IMG/VR virus record: IMGVR_UViG_3300043015_002491
Span: 1-64,000 of that record
Length of the DNA: 64,000 nt
Reading direction: 5' to 3' (one strand)
Source of the DNA: a virus
The notes beneath the pieces are model-generated. The model was not told the DNA's origin, searched no databases, and was given only the letters and a program-made list of their open reading frames with translations. Positions 38,575 to 47,661 of the stretch are shown here, piece after piece. A program made the translations under genes and the position numbers. Numbering within the stretch: the first letter of the stretch is position 1; each line of letters opens with the position of its first letter.

Positions 38575-38606
38575 CAAATATATGATAAAAGTTTCAATTT
38601 GGCAAG
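38575..38606 (-). promoter_or_regulatory. sigma-A promoter, tRNA operon 4
   Basis: CTTGCC...GAAACTTT...TATATTTG. Confidence 0.8.
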
Positions 38607-38632
38607 TATTTTTATAAAAAAATTTTAAAAAA

Positions 38633-39223
38633 TTATTTTAAACTATAAAATCTTGTTGGAACTTCTTCCTTTGAAAGTTTGAAACTTAAGTTTTTACATA
38701 ACTTTTCAAAAGTTTCAGCAACTTCTTTACCTTGTTGTGACATTAGTGGATTATGATTAGTTTTAAATGACTTTGAGTACGTATATTTTATAGCATCTCC
38801 TTCATCAACACCATCAAAGATACAGGTTGTATCGTTATATTGAAACATGATTTGTCCAGATTCATATAATTCACTTGATGAATTAACTTTAGGGTCCCAA
38901 TATTTACCTCGACCTTGTGTTGAAGGTGTATCTTTGTCTACGAATCTAACTATAACATCTGAAAAAGCTGGCTTCACTTCAAATTCAACATTTCCTAATG
39001 CTTGGTCTCTGTATTTTTTAAACTTATTTACAAAATTACTTATTTGTGGGTTTCTTAACAATTCTTCATATTGCCTTTTCCAATGTTTGAATCTATTTTC
39101 ATCTATGTTGTTCACAGTTACTTCATCATATGACTCATTTATTAATCCCTTTGAAGCAAGGTATCTTTGTTCGGCTAACATGTTAGCCTTTTGTATGTTT
39201 AATTTCTTATCAAATTTTCTCAT
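38633..39223 (-). CDS. hypothetical protein, MRKFDKK-leader family
   Basis: shared N-terminus MRKFDKKLNIQKANMLAEQRYL. Confidence 0.7.
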   Translation of the reverse strand: MRKFDKKLNIQKANMLAEQRYLASKGLINESYDEVTVNNIDENRFKHWKRQYEELLRNPQISNFVNKFKKYRDQALGNVEFEVKPAFSDVIVRFVDKDTPSTQGRGKYWDPKVNSSSELYESGQIMFQYNDTTCIFDGVDEGDAIKYTYSKSFKTNHNPLMSQQGKEVAETFEKLCKNLSFKLSKEEVPTRFYSLK

Positions 39224-39237
39224 AATAAATCTTTATT

Positions 39238-39669
39238 TTACAAATCTTCTCTAGAAATTATTTTATATTCATCTGGGTTTTGACCAATGTCAGATAAGAA
39301 TTGCACCATAGCTTCCTTATCATTGGAGTATATACCTTTACCAGCTTTAATCATTGGGTCGTCTGATGCACCATAACCAACTGGGTATGGTGTGGTTAGA
39401 TTTACGTGTTTGAAAATATCACCACTCTTAAATAGGTTATATAATATAACCATATTGTCATTTGCTACACCAAAGTCTCTTGAAGAACTAACGTATTTGG
39501 ATATTTCTCGAATTAAATCATAAAAATTGTTTATATCTTTTAAATCATATTTAGCGTCACTCATTTCATTAATAACTTCTTCATTTTTTGATTCCTTACT
39601 TTCAAGGTATCTTTGTTCAGCTAACAAATTAGCTTTTTGGATATTATATTTCTTATCAAATTTTCTCAT
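39238..39669 (-). CDS. hypothetical protein, MRKFDKK-leader family
   Basis: MRKFDKKYNIQKANLLAEQRYL. Confidence 0.7.
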   Translation of the reverse strand: MRKFDKKYNIQKANLLAEQRYLESKESKNEEVINEMSDAKYDLKDINNFYDLIREISKYVSSSRDFGVANDNMVILYNLFKSGDIFKHVNLTTPYPVGYGASDDPMIKAGKGIYSNDKEAMVQFLSDIGQNPDEYKIISREDL

Positions 39670-39810
39670 AATAAATCTTTATTTATAAATATCCATTATA
39701 AACAAAAAAACCACCCGAAGGTGGTTTTTTTATTAATCATGTTCCAATTCTTGACTTTCAAGTAATTATATAATTATAAGAATTTTAAACTTTCTTTTGG
39801 GTTTAACATA

Positions 39811-40674
39811 TTATCCTATATATATTTTATTACCGACTGTATATAGACTTCCAAATGTTTCACCATCAACATCTACAAATGTCTCTCCTTCTGATTTATA
39901 ATCATCAACACCTGGTCCATCTTTTACTTCTTTAACATAAAGAGTCCCACCTAAATTAACTGCAAAGAATCTACTCATATAATTTTTATCTGGTCCCATT
40001 GGTACTGGTGTTATCGGTGCTTTATATACAACACCTTCTTCATATTTAGGTATTTCCTCACCAATTTCAATTGCTTCACCTTCTAGTTGTTGGAACACGT
40101 CTTTTGTACGCATTCTCCAGTAAGGTGCAACCTTTGGGTTGTAGATTATTTCAGATTCTGGTGAACCTGGACTCTTAGAAGCTGTAGAAACCCTAACATC
40201 AGAACATTTAACTTTAGCTATAACATCCTTATTAGCGCCCTTATAAATCTCATAACCAGTTTTAACTCTATTTGTTAATAAACAATTAGTCATCTCAATA
40301 TCGAAAGACCATGGGTGGAAATTATTTCTTACACCTCCCTTTTCTACTTTATCAACTAAGTCACTTGGGTTGAAGTCTAATTTATCATCACCTAATAAAC
40401 CTGTTTTACCATTAGGTTCAACCTTCCATGTCATGAAAATACCTTTTCCAGTAATTGGGTCTCCAGTTTTAGCTAAGTTAAATCTAACCATGAATTGATT
40501 AGCTTTTGTAGTTGGGATATTTGGTACTCTGTCGTCTGTCGTTGGTTGTTCTACCTCTGGTTTTGACACCATACCTATTTCCTCTTCCTTTATTAAACCC
40601 TTTGAAGCAAGGTATCTTTGTTCGGCTAACATGTTAGCTTTTTGTATATTTAATTTCTTATCAAATCTTCTCAT
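39811..40674 (-). CDS. hypothetical protein, MRKFDKK-leader family
   Basis: MRRFDKKLNIQKANMLAEQRYL (start set at the second Met). Confidence 0.7.
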   Translation of the reverse strand: MRRFDKKLNIQKANMLAEQRYLASKGLIKEEEIGMVSKPEVEQPTTDDRVPNIPTTKANQFMVRFNLAKTGDPITGKGIFMTWKVEPNGKTGLLGDDKLDFNPSDLVDKVEKGGVRNNFHPWSFDIEMTNCLLTNRVKTGYEIYKGANKDVIAKVKCSDVRVSTASKSPGSPESEIIYNPKVAPYWRMRTKDVFQQLEGEAIEIGEEIPKYEEGVVYKAPITPVPMGPDKNYMSRFFAVNLGGTLYVKEVKDGPGVDDYKSEGETFVDVDGETFGSLYTVGNKIYIG

Positions 40675-40749
40675 TGGGTTTCTTTTAATTATAAATATCA
40701 CTAATAAAGAAAAAAAACTGTTCCTAAAACTCCCATAACTTCTTAATTA

Positions 40750-41910
40750 TTATAATAAATTTTTAAAATTTTCAATTTCCATTTTCTCAATAGCCTTACC
40801 CATTTCTGGTCCAGGCTTAACTCCTAACTCTCGTTGTACTTGGTCACCAGTTACACTCAATTCAAATTTAACAAAACTAGTGATTAACTCACCATTTAAC
40901 CTTGCAAGCATACCAAACTTAAGTATTTGAGTATCTTCAATACCAGACTTACTTTGTAACTTCTTAAACTTGTAAACTTGTTCTGGGTTTACGAATTGTT
41001 GTAAAGCAATTAGAAATGTAATAACCTTAACTTCTGATGAAGAATAAGTAAGCTTATTTAACTCCTTTGCAATAACATTAGGGTCATTATCCTTAAGTGT
41101 ATTAGCAATCACAATGATTGGGTCCTTATCGTTAACCCTATCTGTTTTACTAATCTTAAGACCTGGGAAAATTGATTCCCATAATTTGTAGTCATCAATA
41201 AGACTTAAGAAATGTTTAACATTCTTAGCCGTTTTAATCCCCTTTAATAACTCATCTCTGATTCTTTCTGGCGAAACACCTTCAAGACTGTTATCCTTCT
41301 TTAAAGCAGCATCTACAGCTGGGTCAAGCCCACTTCCGAATCTACCAGCGAATCTAATAGCTCTAAGTATTCTAAGTCTATCTTCACCGAATCTATCTTC
41401 AGCAGCACCAACAGTTCTAACAACACCATTCTTCAAGTCATCAATACCACCAACAAGGTCAACAACCTCACCAGTATCTATATCGTAAAATAATGCGTTA
41501 ATAGTTAAATCTCTTCTCTTAACATCGGTTTCAATATCTGTAAATCTAACAGCATCTGGTCTCCTACCACCAGATAGGTCTTCTCTAAATGTAGCAATTT
41601 CGTATTCATCTGAATCTGTGAATACATTGATTACACCAAAAGCTTTACCAGTTGGTAGTGTTTTAAACCCAGCATCAGCCATCATATCTTCAACCTTGTC
41701 TGGTACAGCATCAGTTGCGAGGTCATAATCTTTTGGTGTCTTTCCTAGTAATGCATCTCTAACAGCACCACCAACAACAAATAACTTATGTCCGTTTTTA
41801 ACGAAAACATCTTTAATTTGTCTAATATCATCTGGGATAGGCATGTTCATTTGCACCCTTTCTTCTCTTATGATATCTTCTCTAAGTATTTGTTTGATTT
41901 TATCTTTCAT
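40750..41910 (-). CDS. cca: CCA tRNA nucleotidyltransferase
   Basis: VGGAVRD, DYDLAT, RRDLTINA and EDRLRILRAIRFA. Confidence 0.92.
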   Translation of the reverse strand: MKDKIKQILREDIIREERVQMNMPIPDDIRQIKDVFVKNGHKLFVVGGAVRDALLGKTPKDYDLATDAVPDKVEDMMADAGFKTLPTGKAFGVINVFTDSDEYEIATFREDLSGGRRPDAVRFTDIETDVKRRDLTINALFYDIDTGEVVDLVGGIDDLKNGVVRTVGAAEDRFGEDRLRILRAIRFAGRFGSGLDPAVDAALKKDNSLEGVSPERIRDELLKGIKTAKNVKHFLSLIDDYKLWESIFPGLKISKTDRVNDKDPIIVIANTLKDNDPNVIAKELNKLTYSSSEVKVITFLIALQQFVNPEQVYKFKKLQSKSGIEDTQILKFGMLARLNGELITSFVKFELSVTGDQVQRELGVKPGPEMGKAIEKMEIENFKNLL

Positions 41911-41947
41911 ATCACAAATATAGAGAATTATTTTTAAATAAACAAGT

Positions 41948-43468
41948 TTATAACCTTTTTCTAAATAATTTTTTTATTATTTTTTTGTTTTCAGACATAA
42001 CACTTACATTTGATTCTATAAGACCTTTTTCTTGGAATTCATCTAAATCATCGTCTAATACCCATGCTTCACCATAGTCTTTTATATCAACCTTAGTTGC
42101 TTCTTCTGGGTGACCATAATTATATTCACCATAGTGTGGTTCGTAAAGTCTTATAGCATCAGCTTTTAATATTGTCTTATCAGTATATGTTTCTACAGTA
42201 TCATCACTAAATGCAAATGGTATTTCATAAATATCATCATCTAACATAATATAATCATCCTCATGTGTTATATATTGACCTTCACCATAATAATTGTGTT
42301 CTAATTCTACAGTATCATCTAATTTAGCATATTCACCTTCATATTTACCAGCTGTTAATTCTACTGGATATGACTCATCATCATACTTATACACCCATTC
42401 ATGGTCGTATGTTTTAATACAATCATCTATTAAATAAACACCATCATCTACGTATATTACATCGTCTTGGTGGGCGTACCCTTCTACATAACCATTTGGG
42501 GTTCTATATGATAAATAAAATGCTTCATCTTCATCAACAGTATCACCTTCATGGTCACCTAATTCAATATAAACTCCAGCATCTGCATGACCACCATGGG
42601 TGTCTTGTAAACGAAGCCAACCTTCACTACCATCAGCGGCTAAGGTACCACTTTCTGGGTCGTAGTATTGGAATGTGTCCATATATGGATATGTATCATA
42701 TTCACCTCCATTTTCAAGTGTTACTGTTGAGTTAGCTCTTTTACTAATACCCTTTTCTTCAGCGTAATTATTGAAAAAAGTATTAAATTCTTTGTTTGTT
42801 GTATAAACCCTATCCATGAAGTACTGGTCGTTATCCATATGCCAGATAAGAGCTCTACCTCTAACCTTGTTAGTTTCTGGGTTTAATAACACAAGACACT
42901 TAACTTCATTAGGATTGTCAGTATAAATCTTAAGGTATTCTTGAGCATAATCAAATCTCATACAAGAACCCATTGTTTCACCGTCTTCATAATTCTCACA
43001 ATGATATGCTTTAAGGATATCATCACCCTCAACAATTTTTAATTGTGATGTATCAGCTTTTTTAAGATGACTAATAAGGTCTTCTATTTCGTAATCCTTA
43101 ATATCCTTAATATCACTACCTAAATAATTAAGAAGTTTATTTATTTTAAAAAGCCTTTCCTTAACCTTTCCATTCATATCTGTATAACCTAGAGTGATTA
43201 ACTTTTCATTCTTTTTATCATAATCAACGTAATCAACATTAGCGTCATCTTTAATCTTATCACTATTAAAAAATGCTAATAGTTTTTTAGAAAGGGGGGT
43301 GTTGATATTATTTAACTTTTTAGTTAAGTTATCACCAACTTTTATTTCTTTTTCTAAAATTAATAAAAGTCTATTAGCCTTTACCCTATTCTCTCTCTCA
43401 GTTAATAGTTTAAAACCTTTAGTTTCCCTTATTGATTCGTTAAGTAATTTTTTAATTAATTTTTTCAT
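41948..43468 (-). CDS. hypothetical phage protein with acidic repeats
   Basis: GSCMR, GRALIW, MDRVY and YPYMDTF motifs. Confidence 0.65.
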   Translation of the reverse strand: MKKLIKKLLNESIRETKGFKLLTERENRVKANRLLLILEKEIKVGDNLTKKLNNINTPLSKKLLAFFNSDKIKDDANVDYVDYDKKNEKLITLGYTDMNGKVKERLFKINKLLNYLGSDIKDIKDYEIEDLISHLKKADTSQLKIVEGDDILKAYHCENYEDGETMGSCMRFDYAQEYLKIYTDNPNEVKCLVLLNPETNKVRGRALIWHMDNDQYFMDRVYTTNKEFNTFFNNYAEEKGISKRANSTVTLENGGEYDTYPYMDTFQYYDPESGTLAADGSEGWLRLQDTHGGHADAGVYIELGDHEGDTVDEDEAFYLSYRTPNGYVEGYAHQDDVIYVDDGVYLIDDCIKTYDHEWVYKYDDESYPVELTAGKYEGEYAKLDDTVELEHNYYGEGQYITHEDDYIMLDDDIYEIPFAFSDDTVETYTDKTILKADAIRLYEPHYGEYNYGHPEEATKVDIKDYGEAWVLDDDLDEFQEKGLIESNVSVMSENKKIIKKLFRKRL

Positions 43469-43469
43469 T

Positions 43470-45638
43470 TTATAATAAATCTTTAAATCTATTTATCGCT
43501 TCGAATAACTTATAATTTGAAAAGTGTGTTGGTAATGCTTCTATCTTAACCATACCACTCATAGTCTTACCAGTTTTCTTATCTGTTAATTCGATAAATA
43601 TTTCTTCTTTCTCAAAGTTAAACTTAGAATAATCAATTCTTAATTTAACCATTTCGTTTTCGAAACTATCCTTATTCATATCCAACTTCATGTCTGTCAT
43701 AATCTTACTTAACTTATCCCAGAATGGCCCACTCTTAGTTCCATAAGTAATGTATTTTGGTAGTTGGTCTATTCTAACATAACCACTAAAGTCTTTATGT
43801 GTCATATTATCTTGGAAATGAATGTATACAGTCTTTTTCGGTATGTTTATCTTTCTATCATAAATCTGTAGTGTTCTGTAAGCATCTGACATGTACATAC
43901 TATAACTATTAGTGTATTTATGAACCATATTGTGTAGTAACTCTCTAATGTTAGATAAGTCTGAATGATATTCATCACCAGATACATTTTTAAACCAATC
44001 TTTAGTTTCTTCATCATCACCAGTTTCATGGTGGAACTCAATAATTTCATCTTCAAACTCTTCTAGAAAGTGTTCAACAATATCATCTTCAATATCATCA
44101 TACACTTCTACTATCTGATTAATATCTACATTAAGAATTTGATTTTCTAATTCTCTAACCTCTTCATAAATCTCATAATCTTCGACTGGGATTTGGAAGG
44201 TGCTTGATAGGAAATCTTTAAATTCATCCATGTCATAGTCATCATATCTAATCAAGAAAAGCATGAATATTGATTTCTCAATTTCATTACGACTTATACT
44301 AAATAAACCGTCAGATTTATTGGCTACTTGTTGATTAGCTTCTCTATTAGCATCATAAGTCGCATCATAGATAATCTCATTTATTTTTTCTAAAACCTTA
44401 TCCTTCTTGTCTGAATTAATTATTAAGTTATTTAAAAAGTCTTTATCATAAACACCATCACTATAACCAACACCAGCTTTCTGGTCTTCAAGGTATTCTA
44501 AGAATCCTTTAATATCTAATCCTTCACTGTTAAATTTTATTTCTAGGTCATCTTTCTTTTGATTGAACATTTCTTCAATTGAATTATCATAATAATAACC
44601 TGGTTCTTCATCGTCAATATAAACATCTGGTTCATTATAATAACCACCTAATTGGTCATATATAGATAAGTCTGGGTCATCTAGATTTTTAAATTCAATG
44701 TCATCCCTAACTATGTCTTCTATTTGAAGGTCTGATGATAATAGTTTATTAATTTCATCATAATCATCTTCTTCTTCAGACTTTAATAATAAATTAACTA
44801 TTGGTTTTGTAGCATTACGTTTAACCAATTCATCGATAACCCAAGTTCTGGCGTTATTGGTGATTAATTTTCTATTAATCATAGAATCCAAATCATCATC
44901 ACTAATGTTACTCATATCACCCTTTAATTCTGGGTTAAAGAAAAATAATAACTCTTCATTATTATCTAAGAAGTTAGACACATTGATTTGTCTGTCATTC
45001 TTATCCATATATTGAGCACTCTGAACGTGAAATTGATACTTGTCAGTATTGTCTTTTTTATTAATGATAGTATAAATGGTACCACTCTTACCATATTGGT
45101 TAAACATATTATTCCTACCCTTATACTTTGGGTTTGTTGAATGTTTACCCCATGCTGTACACCATTCTGTTGCTGAACCTAGAGTACAAGCACCCTTTTC
45201 AGTCTTAGGTTTAAATACAAGCCACTTCTCACCATTATGTAATAATTCATAATCTTCTTGTTCTAAAGAATCAACTAACTTAGTCACATCTGTTTCACCA
45301 GCTTGTACAATATAGTCTTTAATAACATCATACATGTCTGGTAGCGTCTTAATCATGTTAGCTTTAAGTGGTAATTGTTTCTTATAAACAATTGATAAGT
45401 ATTCATTCGCTTTTGGTAAATCTTCTAGTTTAAGATTGTCCTTCTTAAACATATCAAGAAGTATTTTAGCATACTTACCAATCTTCTTAACTTCATCACC
45501 TTTAACTTTTGTCTTTGGGTCAGCTGAAACAATTTTATTAAATTCTTTTTCATCTATATCAGAGTAGTATTTTTCTCTGATTTCAGATGCTGTTAATTCC
45601 ATTATTAACTCTTCAAATATAAGACTAAGTTTTTTCAT
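43470..45638 (-). CDS. large hypothetical phage protein
   Basis: 722 aa; ACTLGSATEWCTAW...KYQFH motif. Confidence 0.65.
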   Translation of the reverse strand: MKKLSLIFEELIMELTASEIREKYYSDIDEKEFNKIVSADPKTKVKGDEVKKIGKYAKILLDMFKKDNLKLEDLPKANEYLSIVYKKQLPLKANMIKTLPDMYDVIKDYIVQAGETDVTKLVDSLEQEDYELLHNGEKWLVFKPKTEKGACTLGSATEWCTAWGKHSTNPKYKGRNNMFNQYGKSGTIYTIINKKDNTDKYQFHVQSAQYMDKNDRQINVSNFLDNNEELLFFFNPELKGDMSNISDDDLDSMINRKLITNNARTWVIDELVKRNATKPIVNLLLKSEEEDDYDEINKLLSSDLQIEDIVRDDIEFKNLDDPDLSIYDQLGGYYNEPDVYIDDEEPGYYYDNSIEEMFNQKKDDLEIKFNSEGLDIKGFLEYLEDQKAGVGYSDGVYDKDFLNNLIINSDKKDKVLEKINEIIYDATYDANREANQQVANKSDGLFSISRNEIEKSIFMLFLIRYDDYDMDEFKDFLSSTFQIPVEDYEIYEEVRELENQILNVDINQIVEVYDDIEDDIVEHFLEEFEDEIIEFHHETGDDEETKDWFKNVSGDEYHSDLSNIRELLHNMVHKYTNSYSMYMSDAYRTLQIYDRKINIPKKTVYIHFQDNMTHKDFSGYVRIDQLPKYITYGTKSGPFWDKLSKIMTDMKLDMNKDSFENEMVKLRIDYSKFNFEKEEIFIELTDKKTGKTMSGMVKIEALPTHFSNYKLFEAINRFKDLL

Positions 45639-45834
45639 TTTTATTTTTCTTTTTTATCCCATTTAACCAATTCACCATCACATACATCATTGGCAAATTC
45701 TTCAGCAGTTATAAATGACCACTTATCATCACCTTCAGTTCTCTTATAAAAGATAGGTCCATCAATATATCTAATTTGATATTGTATCTTATCTTTCTTG
45801 CTAGATTCTCTAAGTAATATTTTTATTCTATCTT

Positions 45835-46623
45835 TCATAACAGTTCCTCGTCTATTGTATGTTCATCATCATAAGCATTACTTGATAAATCACCAAGTTT
45901 TTCCATTATATCGTTCCTTCTAAGTAATTTAAATACAATATTCTCTACACTGTATTCACCACCCTCATCAAGCCCAGCTTGCCTCATCTTTCTAATTTTA
46001 TCTTTAAGTTTTTCAACTCTATCAACAACACTATTATTGTCTTTATCTTTTTCAATATCTTCAACAGATTTAACAATTTCTTTATATTTCTTTCTAATTG
46101 TTTCTTTATCTAATTTAACATCTTGTTTTTTTGGTTCTATAACCCATTCATCATCCATAATGGAATAAACACCTGTTGAATGGTGAGGTTGGTCTTCTGG
46201 TTGTAAATATAATTCAACTTCAAAACCCTTAATGGTGATATCATGGTCAGAATTCCACTTTCTAGTCTTAACGTCAAGTAAGTCTTTAACCATTTCTTTC
46301 TTATCACCTAATTCATTTATATCGAATATCAAATGAAGGTCAACATCTGAATACTTTGACCAATTAAAATTAGCTAATGAACCAGTCATTGTAATATCTA
46401 AGTATTCAAAATCTAAATCTAAAGATTCCCAATAATCTTCAGCAATCTTAATAAGTGTTTTTCTTATGTCTGGTTTTATCCTATCTTCTGTGTCCCATAT
46501 ATCTGGTTGGAGGGTGTCATTCATCTTAAATGCTGAAAAGTCTAATTCATCATTAAGTTCTGTAAGAAGTGACTCTATATGAAGACTCTCTTTTAATAAT
46601 CGTTTTACAATACATTTTCCCAT
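45835..46623 (-). CDS. nucleotidyltransferase-fold protein
   Basis: TGSLANFNWSKYSDVDLH...VELY. Confidence 0.7.
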   Translation of the reverse strand: MGKCIVKRLLKESLHIESLLTELNDELDFSAFKMNDTLQPDIWDTEDRIKPDIRKTLIKIAEDYWESLDLDFEYLDITMTGSLANFNWSKYSDVDLHLIFDINELGDKKEMVKDLLDVKTRKWNSDHDITIKGFEVELYLQPEDQPHHSTGVYSIMDDEWVIEPKKQDVKLDKETIRKKYKEIVKSVEDIEKDKDNNSVVDRVEKLKDKIRKMRQAGLDEGGEYSVENIVFKLLRRNDIMEKLGDLSSNAYDDEHTIDEELL

Positions 46624-46687
46624 ACTAATAAATATGTTGCTATAAACAAAAAAAGCCCTACAAAAGTAGAGCTTTTTTTTAATTAGA

Positions 46688-47175
46688 TGGGGGAAATCAA
46701 AAGGATTCTTCTTAACACCTTTAACATTTGGATTAATTACGGATTCGAACCGTTATTACCTTACTACCGATACTCCTAAGCGGTTAACTTAAGATTCTTC
46801 TCCACCATTTGACCTTGAAGCGGTCTTCCTACCTAGTACCGTGCCTTAACCCACTAATCAAAGGTTTATTAGGCTACAAGATGGGATTTATTTATTCACC
46901 CATAAGTAAGGTTACAAGTAGATATTTACATCTAGCTGTACCATTCAAATGCTCTAACGATAACTAGATTGTTAGCAACAATCATTGGCTACTCAGTCGC
47001 TTACTCCCCGAAGGAAGCTTGCACCTACGTTTTCACTATAATTGCTGTAGTTTACTCTCGGAAGATTTTCCATTGAGTATCCCACCACAGGAATCGTTAA
47101 CTCTTATCACCCTTGTAAATAGTGATTATTCGAGCATAATTATACATGCAAACTGTACAGGTTCACATGCCCCCA
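46688..47175 (-). ncRNA. large (~490 nt) structured ncRNA candidate
   Basis: no long ORF; GC above background; ends TGGGGG/CCCCCA pair; many hairpins; CGGTTCGAATCCG T-loop. Confidence 0.6.
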
Positions 47176-47189
47176 ATATTTTTAGTTAT

Positions 47190-47314
47190 CAGAATAGTGA
47201 TTTAGAATGATTAACATGGTCTAGACACATGGTTGTTTTTTGTTACTCAACAAGAGGACAATTTCTAAAACCTCTCTCTCTCTTTCTTAAAGAACTAATC
47301 GCTGTAACTATTCT
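47190..47314 (-). ncRNA. CAGCAA-family RNA variant (ACAGCGA)
   Basis: AGAATAGT-TACAGCGA...ACTATTCTG. Confidence 0.55.
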
Positions 47315-47661
47315 TTTATAACTTTTCTTCAATGAACGTTTGTTAATTACTTAACTGATACAAATATATCACATTATTTATCATTTGTCAAGTGTTTTGG
47401 TAAATATTTTTCAAATTCCTCAAGCCTAGCACCAAGAGTACTACCATTAGCTTCGAAAAATACCGAATCACCAATTACTCTAACATTACTAATATCCCAA
47501 TGAACTATATTACTTAAATTCATTGCTATCTCACCCTCATTGGGTAACCTTATCCACATATACTCATCCATAATACAATTATAATTAATTACAAATAAAT
47601 GTAAACAATAAAACCCCACAATTGTGGGGTTTTATTGAGTAATAATTAACTTTTATTATTT

